This document shows positions 42,901 to 54,160 of a stretch of DNA of 64,000 nt, in pieces. Origin of the DNA: Eledone cirrhosa (lineage: Eukaryota). Under the pieces are notes generated by a model, which saw nothing but the letters and a program-made list of their open reading frames with translations, ran no database searches and was not told the DNA's origin. A program made the position numbers and the translations under genes. How positions within the stretch are numbered: position 1 is the first letter of the stretch; every line of letters begins with the position of its first letter. The stretch spans positions 258,602,001 through 258,666,000 of the forward strand of contig OZ024741.1 in the NCBI GenBank assembly GCA_964016885.1, written 5' to 3'.

Positions 42901-45660
42901 GTGTTGTTGTAGTTGTTGCTGTTTTCTCTGTCAGTGCCAGTGTTGTTGTAGTTGTTGCTGTTTTCTGTGTCAGTGCCAGTGTTGTTGTTGTTGCTGTTTT
43001 CTCTGTCAGTGCCAGTGTTGTTGTTGTTGTTGCTGTTTTCTCTGTCAGTGCCAGTGTTGTTGTAGTTGTTGCTGTTTTCTCTGTCAGTGCCAGTGTTGTT
43101 GTAGTTGTTGCTGTTTTCTGTGTCAGTGCCAGTGTTGTTGTTGTTGCTGTTTTCTGTGTCAGTGCCAGTGTTGTTGTTGTTGCTATTTTCACTGTCAGTG
43201 CCAGTGTTGTTGCTGTTGCTGTTTTCTCTGTCAGTGCCAGTGATGTTGTAGTTGTTGCTGTTTTCTGTGTTAGTGCCAGTGTTGTTGTAGTTGTTGCTGT
43301 TTTCTGTGTCAGTGCCAGTGTTGGTGCTGTTGCTGTTTTCTCTGTCAGTGCCAGTGTTGTTGTAGTTGTTGCTGCTTTCTCTGTCAGTGCCAGTGTTGTT
43401 GTAGTTGTTTCTGTTTTCTGTGTCAGTGCCAGTGTTGTTGTTGTTGCTGTTTTCTCTGTCAGTGCCAGTGTTGTTGTAGTTGTTGCTGTTTTCTGTGTCA
43501 GTGCCAGTGTTGGTGCTGTTGCTGTTTTCTCTGTCAGTGCCAGTGTTGTTGTAGTTGTTGCTGCTTTCTCTGTCAGTGCCAGTGTTGTTGTAGTTGTTTC
43601 TGTTTTCTCTGTCAGTGCCAGTGTTGTTGTAGTTGTTGCTGTTTTCTGTGTCAGTGCCAGTGTTGTTCTAGTTGTTGATGTTTTCTGTGCCAGTGCCAGT
43701 GTTGTTGTAGTTGTTTCTGTTTTCTCTGTCAGTGCCAGTGTTGTTGTAGTTGTTGCTGTTTTCTGTGTCAGTGCCAGTGTTGTTCTAGTTGTTGATGTTT
43801 TCTGTGCCAGTGCCAGTGTTGTTGTAGTTGTTGCTGTTTTCTCTGTCAGTGCCAGTGTTGTTGTAGTTGTTGCTGTTTTCTGTGTCAGTGCCAGTGTTGT
43901 TGTAGTTGTTGCTGTTTTCTCTGTCAATGCCAGTGTTGTTGTTGTTGCTGTTTTCTCTGTCAGTGCCAGTGTTGTTGTTGTTGCTGTTTTCTCTGTCAGT
44001 GCCAGTGTTGTTGTAGTTGTTGCTGTTTTCTGTGTCAGTGCCAGTGTTGTTGCTGTTGTTGCTGTTTTCTGTGTCAGTGCCAGTGTTGTTGTTGCTGTTT
44101 TCTCTGTCAGTGCCAGTGTTTTTGTTGTTGCTGTTTTCTGTGTCAGTGCCAGTGTTGTTCTAGTTGTTGATGTTTTCTGTGCCAGTGCCAGTGTTGTTGT
44201 AGTTGTTGCTGTTTTCTCTGTCAGTGCCAGTGTTGTTGTAGTTGTTGCTGTTTTCTCTGTCAGTGCCAGTGTTGTTGTAGTTGTTGCTGTTTTCTGTGTC
44301 AGTGCCAGTGTTGTTGTTGTTGCTGTTTTCTCTGTCAGTGCCAGTGTTGTTGTTGTTGCTGTTTTCTCTGTCAGTGCCAGTGTTGTTGTAGTTGTTGCTG
44401 TTTTCTGTGTCAGTGCCAGTGTTGTTGTTGTTGCTGTTTTCTGTGTCAGTGCCAGTGTTGTTGTTGTTGCTATTTTCACTGTCAGTGCCAGTGTTGTTGC
44501 TGTTGCTGTTTTCTCTGTCAGTGCCAGTGATGTTGTAGTTGTTGCTGTTTTCTGTGTTAGTGCCAGTGTTGTTGTAGTTGTTGCTGTTTTCTGTGTCAGT
44601 GCCAGTGTTGGTGCTGTTGCTGTTTTCTCTGTCAGTGCCAGTGTTGTTGTAGTTGTTGCTGCTTTCTCTGTCAGTGCCAGTGATGTTGTAGTTGTTTCTG
44701 TTTTCTGTGTCAGTGCCAGTGTTGTTGTTGTTGCTGTTTTCTCTGTCAGTGCCAGTGTTGTTGTAGTTGTTGCTGTTTTCTGTGTCAGTGCCAGTGTTGG
44801 TGCTGTTGCTGTTTTCTCTGTCAGTGCCAGTGTTGTTGTAGTTGTTGCTGCTTTCTCTGTCAGTGCCAGTGTTGTTGTAGTTGTTTCTGTTTTCTCTGTC
44901 AGTGCCAGTGTTGTTGTAGTTGTTGCTGTTTTCTGTGTCAGTGCCAGTGTTGTTCTAGTTGTTGATGTTTTCTGTGCCAGTGCCAGTGTTGTTGTAGTTG
45001 TTTCTGTTTTCTCTGTCAGTGCCAGTGTTGTTGTAGTTGTTGCTGTTTTCTGTGTCAGTGCCAGTGTTGTTCTAGTTGTTGATGTTTTCTGTGCCAGTGC
45101 CAGTGTTGTTGTAGTTGTTGCTGTTTTCTGTGTCAGTGCCAGTGTTGTTGTAGTTGTTGCTGTTTTCTCTGTCAGTGCCAGTGTTGTTGTAGTTGTTGCT
45201 GTTTTCTGTGTCAGTGCCAGTGTTGTTGTTGTTGCTGTTTTCTCTGTCAGTGCCAGTGTTGTTGTAGTTGTTGCTGTTTTCTCTGTCAGTGCCAGTTTTG
45301 TTGTAGTTGTTGCTGTTTTCTGTGTCAGTGCCAGTGTTGTTGTAGTTGTTGCTGTTTTCTCTGTCAGTGCCAGTGTTGTTGTTGTTGTTGCTGTTTTCTC
45401 TGTCAGTGTTGTTGTTGTTGCTATTTTCACTGTCAGTGCCAGTGTTGTTGTTGTTGCTGTTTTCTGTGTCAGTGCCAGTGTTGTTGTTGTTATTGCTGTT
45501 TTCTGTGTCAGTGCCAGTGTTGTTGTTGTTACTGCTGCTGTTTTCTGTGTCAGTGCCAGTGTTGTTGTTGCTGTTGTTGCTGTTTTCTGTGTTAGTGCCA
45601 GTCTTGTTGTTGCTGTTTTCCGTGCCAGTGTTGTTGTAGTTGTTGCTGTTTTCTGTGTCA
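30920..45660. repeat. Near-perfect 7372-bp tandem duplication (~30920-38290 and ~38291-45660)
   Basis: ORF-track pairs 31049/38421, 32492/39864, 33524/40896 and 34338/41710 differ by exactly 7372, and by 7369 after a one-triplet loss near 44345. The private markers TGTATCAG, GTTGAGGCT, GTTGCGGTT, AGTACCACT and GTTGTCGTT each occur once per copy. Confidence 0.93.
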
Positions 45661-46269
45661 GTGCCAGTGTTCTTGCTGTTGCTGTTTTCTGTGTCAGTGC
45701 CAGTGTCGTTGTTGTTACTGTTGCTGTTTTCTGTGTCAGTTCCAGGGTTGTTGTTGTTGTTGCTGTTGCTGTTTTCTGTGCCAGTGCCAGTGTTATTGTT
45801 GCTGTTGTTGCTGTTTTCTCTGTCAGTGCCAGTGTTGTTGTAGTTGTTGCTGTTTTCTGTGTCAGTGCCAGTGTTGTTGTAGTTGTTGCTGTTTTCTCTG
45901 TCAGTGCCAGTGTTGTTGTTGTTAGTGTTGCTGTTTTCTGTGTCAGTTCCAGTGTTGCTGTTGCTGTTTTCTGTGCCAGTGCCAGTGTTATTGTTGCTGT
46001 TTTCTGTGTCAGTGCCACGGTTGTTGTTGCTGTTGTTGCTGTTTTCTGTGTCAGTGCCAGTGTTGTTGATGCTGTTGTTGCTGTTTTCTGTGTCAGTGCC
46101 AGTGTTGTTGTTGCTGTTGTTGCTGTTTTCCGTGCCAGTGTTGTTGTAGTTGTTGCTGTTTTCTGTGTCAGTGCCAGTGTTGTTGTAGTTGTTGCTGTTT
46201 TCTGTGTCAGTGCCAGTGTTGTTGTAGTTGTTGCTGTTTTCTGTGTCAGTGCCAGTGTTGTTGTAGTTG

Positions 46270-49210
46270 TTGCTGTTTTCTCTGGCAGTGCCAGTGTTGT
46301 TGTAGTTGTTGCTGTTTTCTCTGTCAGTGCCAGTGTTGTTGTAGTTGTTGCTCTTTTCTGTGTCAGTGCCAGTGTTGTTGCTGTTGCTGTTTTCTCTGTC
46401 AGTGCAGTGTTGTTGTAGTTGTTGCTGTTTTCTCTGTCAGTGCCAGTGTTGTTGTTGTTGCTGTTTTCTCAGTCAGTGCCAGTGTTGTTGTTGTTGCTGT
46501 TTTCTCTGTCAGTGCCAGTGTTGTTGTAGTTGTTGCTGTTTTCTGTGTCAGTGCCACTGTTGTTGTTGCTGTTTTCTGTGTCAGTGCCAGTGTTGTTGTT
46601 GTTGCTGTTTTCTCTGTCAGTGCCAGTGTTGTTGTTGCTGTTTTTCTGTCAGTGCCAGTGTTGTTGTTGTTGCTGTTTTCTGTGTCAGTGCCATTGTTAT
46701 TGCTGTTGTTGCTGTTTTCTCTGTCAGTGCCAGTGTTGTTGTAGTTGTTGCTGTTTTCTCTGTCAGTGCCAGTGTTGTTGTAGTTGTTGCTGTTTTCTGT
46801 GTCAGTGCCGGTGTTGTTGTTGTTGCTGTTTTCTCTGTCAGTGCCAGTGTTGTTGTTGTTGCTGTTTTCTCTGTCAGTGCCAGTGTTGTTGTTGTTGCTG
46901 TTTTCTGTGTCAGTGCCAGTGTTGTTGTAGTTGTTGCTGTTTTCTGTGTCAGTGCCAGTGTTGTTGTAGTTGTTGCTGTTTTCTGTGTCAGTGCCAGTGT
47001 TGTTGTAGTTGTTGCTGTTTTCTCTGTGAGTGCCAGTGTTGTTGTAGTTGTTGCTGTTTTCTGTGTCAGTGACAGTGTTGTTGTAGTTGTTGCTGTTTTC
47101 TTTGTCAGTGCCAGTGTTGTTGTTGTTGCTGTTTTCTCTGTCAGTGCCAGTGTTGTAGTTGTTGCTGTTTTCTCTGTCAGTGCCAGTGTTGTTGTTGCTG
47201 TTTTCTCTGTCAGTGCCAGTGTTGTTGTTGTTGCTATTTTCACTGTCAGTGCCAGTGTTGTTGTTGTTGTTGCTATTTTCACTGTCAGTGCCAGTGTTGT
47301 TGTTGTTACTTTTGCTGTTTTCTGTGTCAGTGACAGTGTTGTTGTTGTTGTTACTGTTGCTGTTTTCTGTGCCAGTGCCAGTGTTATTGTTGCTGTTGTT
47401 GCTGTTTTGTCTGTCAGTGCCAGTGTTGTAGTTGTTGCTGTTTTCTCTGTCAGTGCCAGTGTTGTTGTAGTTGTAGCTGTTTTCTGTGTCAGTGCCAGTG
47501 TTGTTGTTGTTGCTGTTTTCTGTGTCAGTGCCAGTGTTGTTGTTTTTGCTATTTTCACTGTCAGTGCCAGTGTTGTTGCTGTTGCTGTTTTCTCTGTCAG
47601 TGCCAGTGTTGTTGTAGTTTTTGCTGCTTTCTCTGTCAGTGCCAGTGTTGTTGTAGTTGTTTCTGTTTTCTGTGCCAGTGCCAGTGTTATTGTTGCTGTT
47701 GTTGCTGTTTTGTCTGTCAGTGCCAGTGTTGTAGTTGTTGCTGTTTTCTCTGTCAGTGCCAGTGTTGTTGTAGTTGTTGCTGTTTTCTCTGGCAGTGCCA
47801 GTGTTGTTGTAGTTGTTGCTGTTTTCTCTGTCAGTGCCAGTGTTGTTGTAGTTGTTGCTCTTTTCTGTGTCAGTGCCAGTGTTGTTGCTGTTGCTGTTTT
47901 CTCTGTCAGTGCAGTGTTGTTGTAGTTGTTGCTGTTTTCTCTGTCAGTGCCAGTGTTGTTGTTGTTGCTGTTTTCTCTGTCAGTGCCAGTGTTGTTGTTG
48001 TTGCTGTTTTCTCTGTCAGTGCCAGTGTTGTTGTAGTTGTTGCTGTTTTCTGTGTCAGTGCCACTGTTGTTGTTGCTGTTTTCTGTGTCAGTGCCAGTGT
48101 TGTTGTTGTTGCTGTTTTCTGTGTCAGTGCCAGTGTTGTTGTTGTTGCTGTTTTCTCTGTCAGTGCCAGTGTTGTTGTTGCTGTTTTTCTGTCAGTGCCA
48201 GTGTTGTTGTTGTTGCTGTTTTCTGTGTCAGTGCCATTGTTATTGCTGTTGTTGCTGTTTTCTCTGTCAGTGCCAGTGTTGTTGTAGTTGTTGCTGTTTT
48301 CTCTGTCAGTGCCAGTGTTGTTGTAGTTGTTGCTGTTTTCTGTGTCAGTGCCGGTGTTGTTGTTGTTGCTGTTTTCTCTGTCAGTGCCAGTGTTGTTGTT
48401 GTTGCTGTTTTCTCTGTCAGTGCCAGTGTTGTTGTTGTTGCTGTTTTCTGTGTCAGTGCCAGTGTTGTTGTAGTTGTTGCTGTTTTCTGTGTCAGTGCCA
48501 GTGTTGTTGTAGTTGTTGCTGTTTTCTGTGTCAGTGCCAGTGTTGTTGTAGTTGTTGCTGTTTTCTCTGTGAGTGCCAGTGTTGTTGTAGTTGTTGCTGT
48601 TTTCTGTGTCAGTGACAGTGTTGTTGTAGTTGTTGCTGTTTTCTTTGTCAGTGCCAGTGTTGTTGTTGTTGCTGTTTTCTCTGTCAGTGCCAGTGTTGTA
48701 GTTGTTGCTGTTTTCTCTGTCAGTGCCAGTGTTGTTGTTGCTGTTTTCTCTGTCAGTGCCAGTGTTGTTGTTGTTGCTATTTTCACTGTCAGTGCCAGTG
48801 TTGTTGTTGTTGTTGCTATTTTCACTGTCAGTGCCAGTGTTGTTGTTGTTACTTTTGCTGTTTTCTGTGTCAGTGACAGTGTTGTTGTTGTTGTTACTGT
48901 TGCTGTTTTCTGTGCCAGTGCCAGTGTTATTGTTGCTGTTGTTGCTGTTTTGTCTGTCAGTGCCAGTGTTGTAGTTGTTGCTGTTTTCTCTGTCAGTGCC
49001 AGTGTTGTTGTAGTTGTAGCTGTTTTCTGTGTCAGTGCCAGTGTTGTTGTTGTTGCTGTTTTCTGTGTCAGTGCCAGTGTTGTTGTTGTTGCTATTTTCA
49101 CTGTCAGTGCCAGTGTTGTTGCTGTTGCTGTTTTCTCTGTCAGTGCCAGTGTTGTTGTAGTTGTTGCTGCTTTCTCTGTCAGTGCCAGTGTTGTTGTAGT
49201 TGTTTCTGTT
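46270..49210. repeat. Tandem duplication of about 1.5 kb (offset 1507) carrying the paired-frameshift block
   Basis: GCTCTTTTC (~46350/47857), GTGCAGTG (46405/47912), TCTGTGAG, ACTTTTGCT and GTTGTAGCT are shared. The ORF pair 46345/47852 differs by 1507. Confidence 0.85.
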
Positions 49211-51999
49211 TTCTGTGTCAGTGCCAGTGTTGTTGTTGTTGCTGTTTTCTCTGTCAGTGCCAGTGTTGTTGTAGTTGTTGCTGTTTTCTGTGTCAGTGCC
49301 ACTGTTGTTGTTGCTGTTTTCTCTGTCAGTGCCAGTGTTGTTGTTGCTGTTTTCTCTGTCAGTGCCAGTGTTGTTGTTGTTGCTGTTTTCTGTGTCAGTG
49401 CCAGTGTTGTTGTAGTTGTTGCTGTTTTCTGTGTCAGTGCCAGTGTTGTTGTAGTTGTTGCTGTTTTCTGTGTCAGTGCCGGTGTTGTTGTAGTTGTTGC
49501 TGTTTTCTGTGTCAGTGCCAGTGTTGTTGTAGTTGTTGCTGTTTTCTCTGTCAGTGCCAGTGTTGTTGTTGTTGCTGTTTTCTCTGTCAGTGCCAGTGTT
49601 GTTGTTGTTGCTGTTTTCTCTGTCAGTGCCAGTGTTGTTGTAGTTGTTGCTGTTTTCTGTGTCAGTGCCAGTGTTGTTGCTGTTGTTGCTGTTTTCTGTG
49701 TCAGTGCCAGTGTTGTTGTTGCTGTTTTCTCTGTCAGTGCCAGTGTTTTTGTTGTTGCTGTTTTCTGTGTCAGTGCCAGTGTTGTTCTAGTTGTTGATGT
49801 TTTCTGTGCCAGTGCCAGTGTTGTTGTAGTTGTTGCTGTTTTCTCTGTCAGTGCCAGTGTTGTTGTAGTTGTTGCTGTTTTCTCTGTCAGTGCCAGTGTT
49901 GTTGTAGTTGTTGCTGTTTTCTCTGTCAGTGCCAGTGTTGTTGTTGTTGCTGTTTTCTCTGTCAGTGCCAGTGTTGTTGTTGTTGTTGCTGTTTTCTCTG
50001 TCAGTGCCAGTGTTGTTGTAGTTGTTGCTGTTTTCTCTGTCAGTGCCAGTGTTGTTGTAGTTGTTGCTGCTTTCTCTGTCAGTGCCAGTGTTGTTGTAGT
50101 TGTTTCTGTTTTCTCTGTCAGTGCCAGTGTTGTTGTAGTTGTTGCTGTTTTCTGTGTCAGTGCCAGTGTTGTTCTAGTTGTTGATGTTTTCTGTGCCAGT
50201 GCCAGTGTTGTTGTAGTTGTTTCTGTTTTCTCTGTCAGTGCCAGTGTTGTTGTTGTTGCTGTTTTCTGTGTCAGTGCCAGTGTTGTTGTTGTTGCTATTT
50301 TCACTGTCAGTGCCAGTGTTGTTGCTGTTGCTGTTTTCTCTGTCAGTGCCAGTGATGTTGTAGTTGTTGCTGTTTTCTGTGTTAGTGCCAGTGTTGTTGT
50401 AGTTGTTGCTGTTTTCTGTGTCAGTGCCAGTGTTGGTGCTGTTGCTGTTTTCTCTCTCAGTGCCAGTGTTGTTGTAGTTGTTGCTGCTTTCTCTGTCAGT
50501 GCCAGTGTTGTTGTAGTTGTTTCTGTTTTCTGTGTCAGTGCCAGTGTTGTTGTTGTTGCTGTTTTCTCTGTCAGTGCCAGTGTTGTTGTAGTTGTTGCTG
50601 TTTTCTGTGTCAGTGCCAGTGTTGGTGCTGTTGCTGTTTTCTCTGTCAGTGCCAGTGTTGTTGTAGTTGTTGCTGCTTTCTCTGTCAGTGCCAGTGTTGT
50701 TGTAGTTGTTTCTGTTTTCTCTGTCAGTGCCAGTGTTGTTGTAGTTGTTGCTGTTTTCTGTGTCAGTGCCAGTGTTGTTCTAGTTGTTGATGTTTTCTGT
50801 GCCAGTGCCAGTGTTGTTGTAGTTGTTTCTGTTTTCTCTGTCAGTGCCAGTGTTGTTGTAGTTGTTGCTGTTTTCTGTGTCAGTGCCAGTGTTGTTCTAG
50901 TTGTTGATGTTTTCTGTGCCAGTGCCAGTGTTGTTGTTGTTGTTGCTGTTTTCTCTGTCAGTGCCAGTGTTGTTGTAGTTGTTGCTGTTTTCTCTGTCAG
51001 TGCCAGTGTTGTTGTAGTTGTTGCTGTTTTCTGTGTCAGTGCCAGTGTTGTTGTTGTTTCTGTTTTCTCTGTCAGTGCCAGTGTTGTTGTTGTTGCTGTT
51101 TTCTCTGTCAGTGCCAGTGTTGTTGTAGTTGTTGCTGTTTTCTGTGTCAGTGCCAGTGTTGTTGCTGTTGTTGCTGTTTTCTGTGTCAGTGCCAGTGTTG
51201 TTGTTGCTGTTTTCTCTGTCAGTGCCAGTGTTTTTGTTGTTGCTGTTTTCTGTGTCAGTGCCAGTGTTGTTCTAGTTGTTGATGTTTTCTGTGCCAGTGC
51301 CAGTGTTGTTGTAGTTGTTGCTGTTTTCTCTGTCAGTGTCAGTGTTGTTGTAGTTGTTGCTGTTTTCTCTGTCAGTGCCAGTGTTGTTGTAGTTGTTGCT
51401 GTTTTCTGTGTCAGTGCCAGTGTTGTTGTTGTTGCTGTTTTCTCTGTCAGTGCCAGTGTTGTTGTTGTTGTTGCTGTTTTCTCTGTCAGTGCCAGTGTTG
51501 TTGTAGTTGTTTCTGTTTTCTCTGTCAGTGCCAGTGTTGTTGTAGTTGTTGCTGTTTTCTGTGTCAGTGCCAGTGTTGTTGTTGTTGCTGTTTTCTGTGT
51601 CAGTGCCAGTGTTGTTGTTGTTGCTATTTTCACTGTCAGTGCCAGTGTTGTTGCTGTTGCTGTTTTCTCTGTCAGTGCCAGTGTTGTTGTTGTTGCTGTT
51701 TTCTCTGTCAGTGCCAGTGTTGTTGTAGTTGTTGCTGTTTTCTGTGTCAGTGCCAGTGTTGTTGTTGCTGTTTTCTGTGTCAGTGCCAGTGTTGTTGTTG
51801 TTGCTGTTTTCTCTGTCAGTGCCAGTGTTGTTGTTGCTGTTTTCTCTGTCAGTGCCAGTGTTGTTGTTGTTGCTGTTTTCTGTGTCAGTGCCATTGTTAT
51901 TGCTGTTGTTGCTATTTTCTATGTCAGTGCCAGTGTTGTTGTTGCTGTTGTTGCTGTTTTCTGTGTCAGTGTTGTTGCTGTTTCTGTTTTCTCTGTCAG

Positions 52000-54160
52000 T
52001 GCCAGTGTTGTTGTAGTTGTTGCTGTTTTCTCTGTCAGTGCCAGTGTTGTTGTAGTTGTTGCTGTTTTCTGTGTCAGTGCCGGTGTTGTTGTTGTTGCTG
52101 TTTTCTCTGTCAGTGCCAGTGTTGTTGTTGTTGCTGTTTTCTCTGTCAGTGCCAGTGTTGTTGTTGTTGCTGTTTTCTGTGTCAGTGCCACTGTTGTTGT
52201 TGTTGCTGTTTTCTGTGTCAGTGCCAGTGTTGTTGTAGTTGTTGCTGTTTTCTGTGTCAGTGCCAGTGTTGTTGTAGTTGTTGCTGTTTTCTGTGTCAGT
52301 GCCAGTGTTGTTGTAGTTGTTGCTGTTTTCTCTGTGAGTGCCAGTGTTGTTGTAGTTGTTGCTGTTTTCTTTGTCAGTGCCAGTGTTGTTGTTGTTGCTG
52401 TTTTCTCTGTCAGTGCCAGTGTTGTAGTTGTTGCTGTTTTCTCTGTCAGTGCCAGTGTTGTTGTTGTTGTTGCTGTTTTCACTGTCAGTGCCAGTGTTGT
52501 TGTTGTTGCTATTTTCACTGTCAGTGCCAGTGTTGTTGTTGTTACTGTTGCTGTTTTCTGTGTCAGTGACAGTGTTGTTGTTGTTACTGTTGCTGTTTTC
52601 TGTGCCAGTGCCAGTGTTATTGTTGCTGTTGTTGCTGTTTTGTCTGTCAGTGCCAGTGTTGTAGTTGTTGCTATTTTCTCTGTCAGTGCCAGTGTTGTTG
52701 TAGTTGTTGCTGTTTTCTGTGTCAGTGCCAGTGTTGTTGTTGTTGCTGTTTTCTGTGTCAGTGCCAGTGTTGTTGTTGTTGCTATTTTCACTGTCAGTGC
52801 CAGTGTTGTTGCTGTTGCTGTTTTCTCTGTCAGTGCCAGTGATGTTGTAGTTGTTGCTGTTTTCTGTGTTAGTGCCAGTGTTGTTGTAGTTGTTGCTGTT
52901 TTCTGTGTCAGTGCCAGTGTTGGTGCTGTTGCTGTTTTCTCTGTCAGTGCCAGTGTTGTTGTAGTTGTTGCTGTTTTCTGTGTCAGTGCCACTGTTGTTG
53001 TTGCTGTTTTCTGTGTCTGTGCCAGTGTTGTTGTTGTTGCTGTTTTCTCTGTCAGTGCCAGTGTTGTTGTTGGTGTTTTCTCTGTCAGTGCCAGTGTTGC
53101 TGTTGTTGCTGTTTTCTGTGTCAGTGCCAGTGTTGTTGTAGTTGTTGCTGTTTTCTGTGTCAGTGCCAGTGTTGTTCTAGTTGTTGCTGTTTTCTGTGTC
53201 AGTACCGGTGTTGTTGTAGTTGTTGCTGTTTTCTGTGTCAGTGCCAGTGTTGTTGTAGTTGTTGCTGTTTTCTCTGTCAGTGCCAGTGTTGTTGTTGTTG
53301 CTGTTTTCTCTGTCAGTGCCAGTGTTGTTGTAGTTGTTGCTGTTTTCTCTGTCAGTGCCAGTGTTGTTGTAGTTGTTGCTGTTTTCTCTGTCAGTGCCAG
53401 TGTTGTTGTTGTTGTTGTTTTCTCTGTCAGTGCCAGTGTTGTTGTAGTTGTTGCTGTTTTCTCTGTCAGTGCCAGTGTTGTTGTAGTTGTTGCTGTTTTC
53501 TGTGTCAGTGCCGGTGTTGTTGTTGTTGCTGTTTTCTCTGTCAGTGCCAGTGTTGTAGTTGTTGCTGTTTTCTCTGTCAGTGCCAGTGTTGTTGTAATTG
53601 TTGCTGTTTTCTGTGTCAGTGCCAGTGTTGTTGCTGTTGTTGCTGTTTTCTGTGTCAGTGCCAGTGTTGTTGTAGTTGTTGCTGTTTTCTGTGTCAGTGC
53701 CAGTGTTGTTGTAGTTGTTGCTGTTTTCTGTGTCAGTGCCAGTGTTGTTGTAGTTGTTGCTGTTTTCTGTGTCAGTGCCAGTGTTGTTGTAGTTGTTGCT
53801 GTTTTCTCTGTGAGTGCCAGTGTTGTTGTAGTTGTTGCTGTTTTCTTTGTCAGTGCCAGTGTTGTTGTTGTTGCTGTTTTCTCTGTCAGTGCCAGTGTTG
53901 TAGTTGTTGCTGTTTTCTCTGTCAGTGCCAGTGTTGTTGTTGTTGTTGCTGTTTTCTCTGTCAGTGCCAGTGTTGTTGTTGTTGCTATTTTCACTGTCAG
54001 TGCCAGTGTTGTTGTTGTTACTGTTGCTGTTTTCTGTGTCAGTGACAGCGTTGTTGTTGTTACTGTTGCTGTTTTCTGTGCCAGTGCCAGTGTTATTGTT
54101 GCTGTTGTTGCTGTTTTGTCTGTCAGTGCCAGTGTTGTAGTTGTTGCTATTTTCTCTGTC
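52000..54160. repeat. Duplicated block, offset 1476
   Basis: The ORF pair 52428/53904 differs by 1476. TCTGTGAG, TTCTTTGTC and GCTATTTTCTCT occur in the same order in both copies. Confidence 0.75.
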
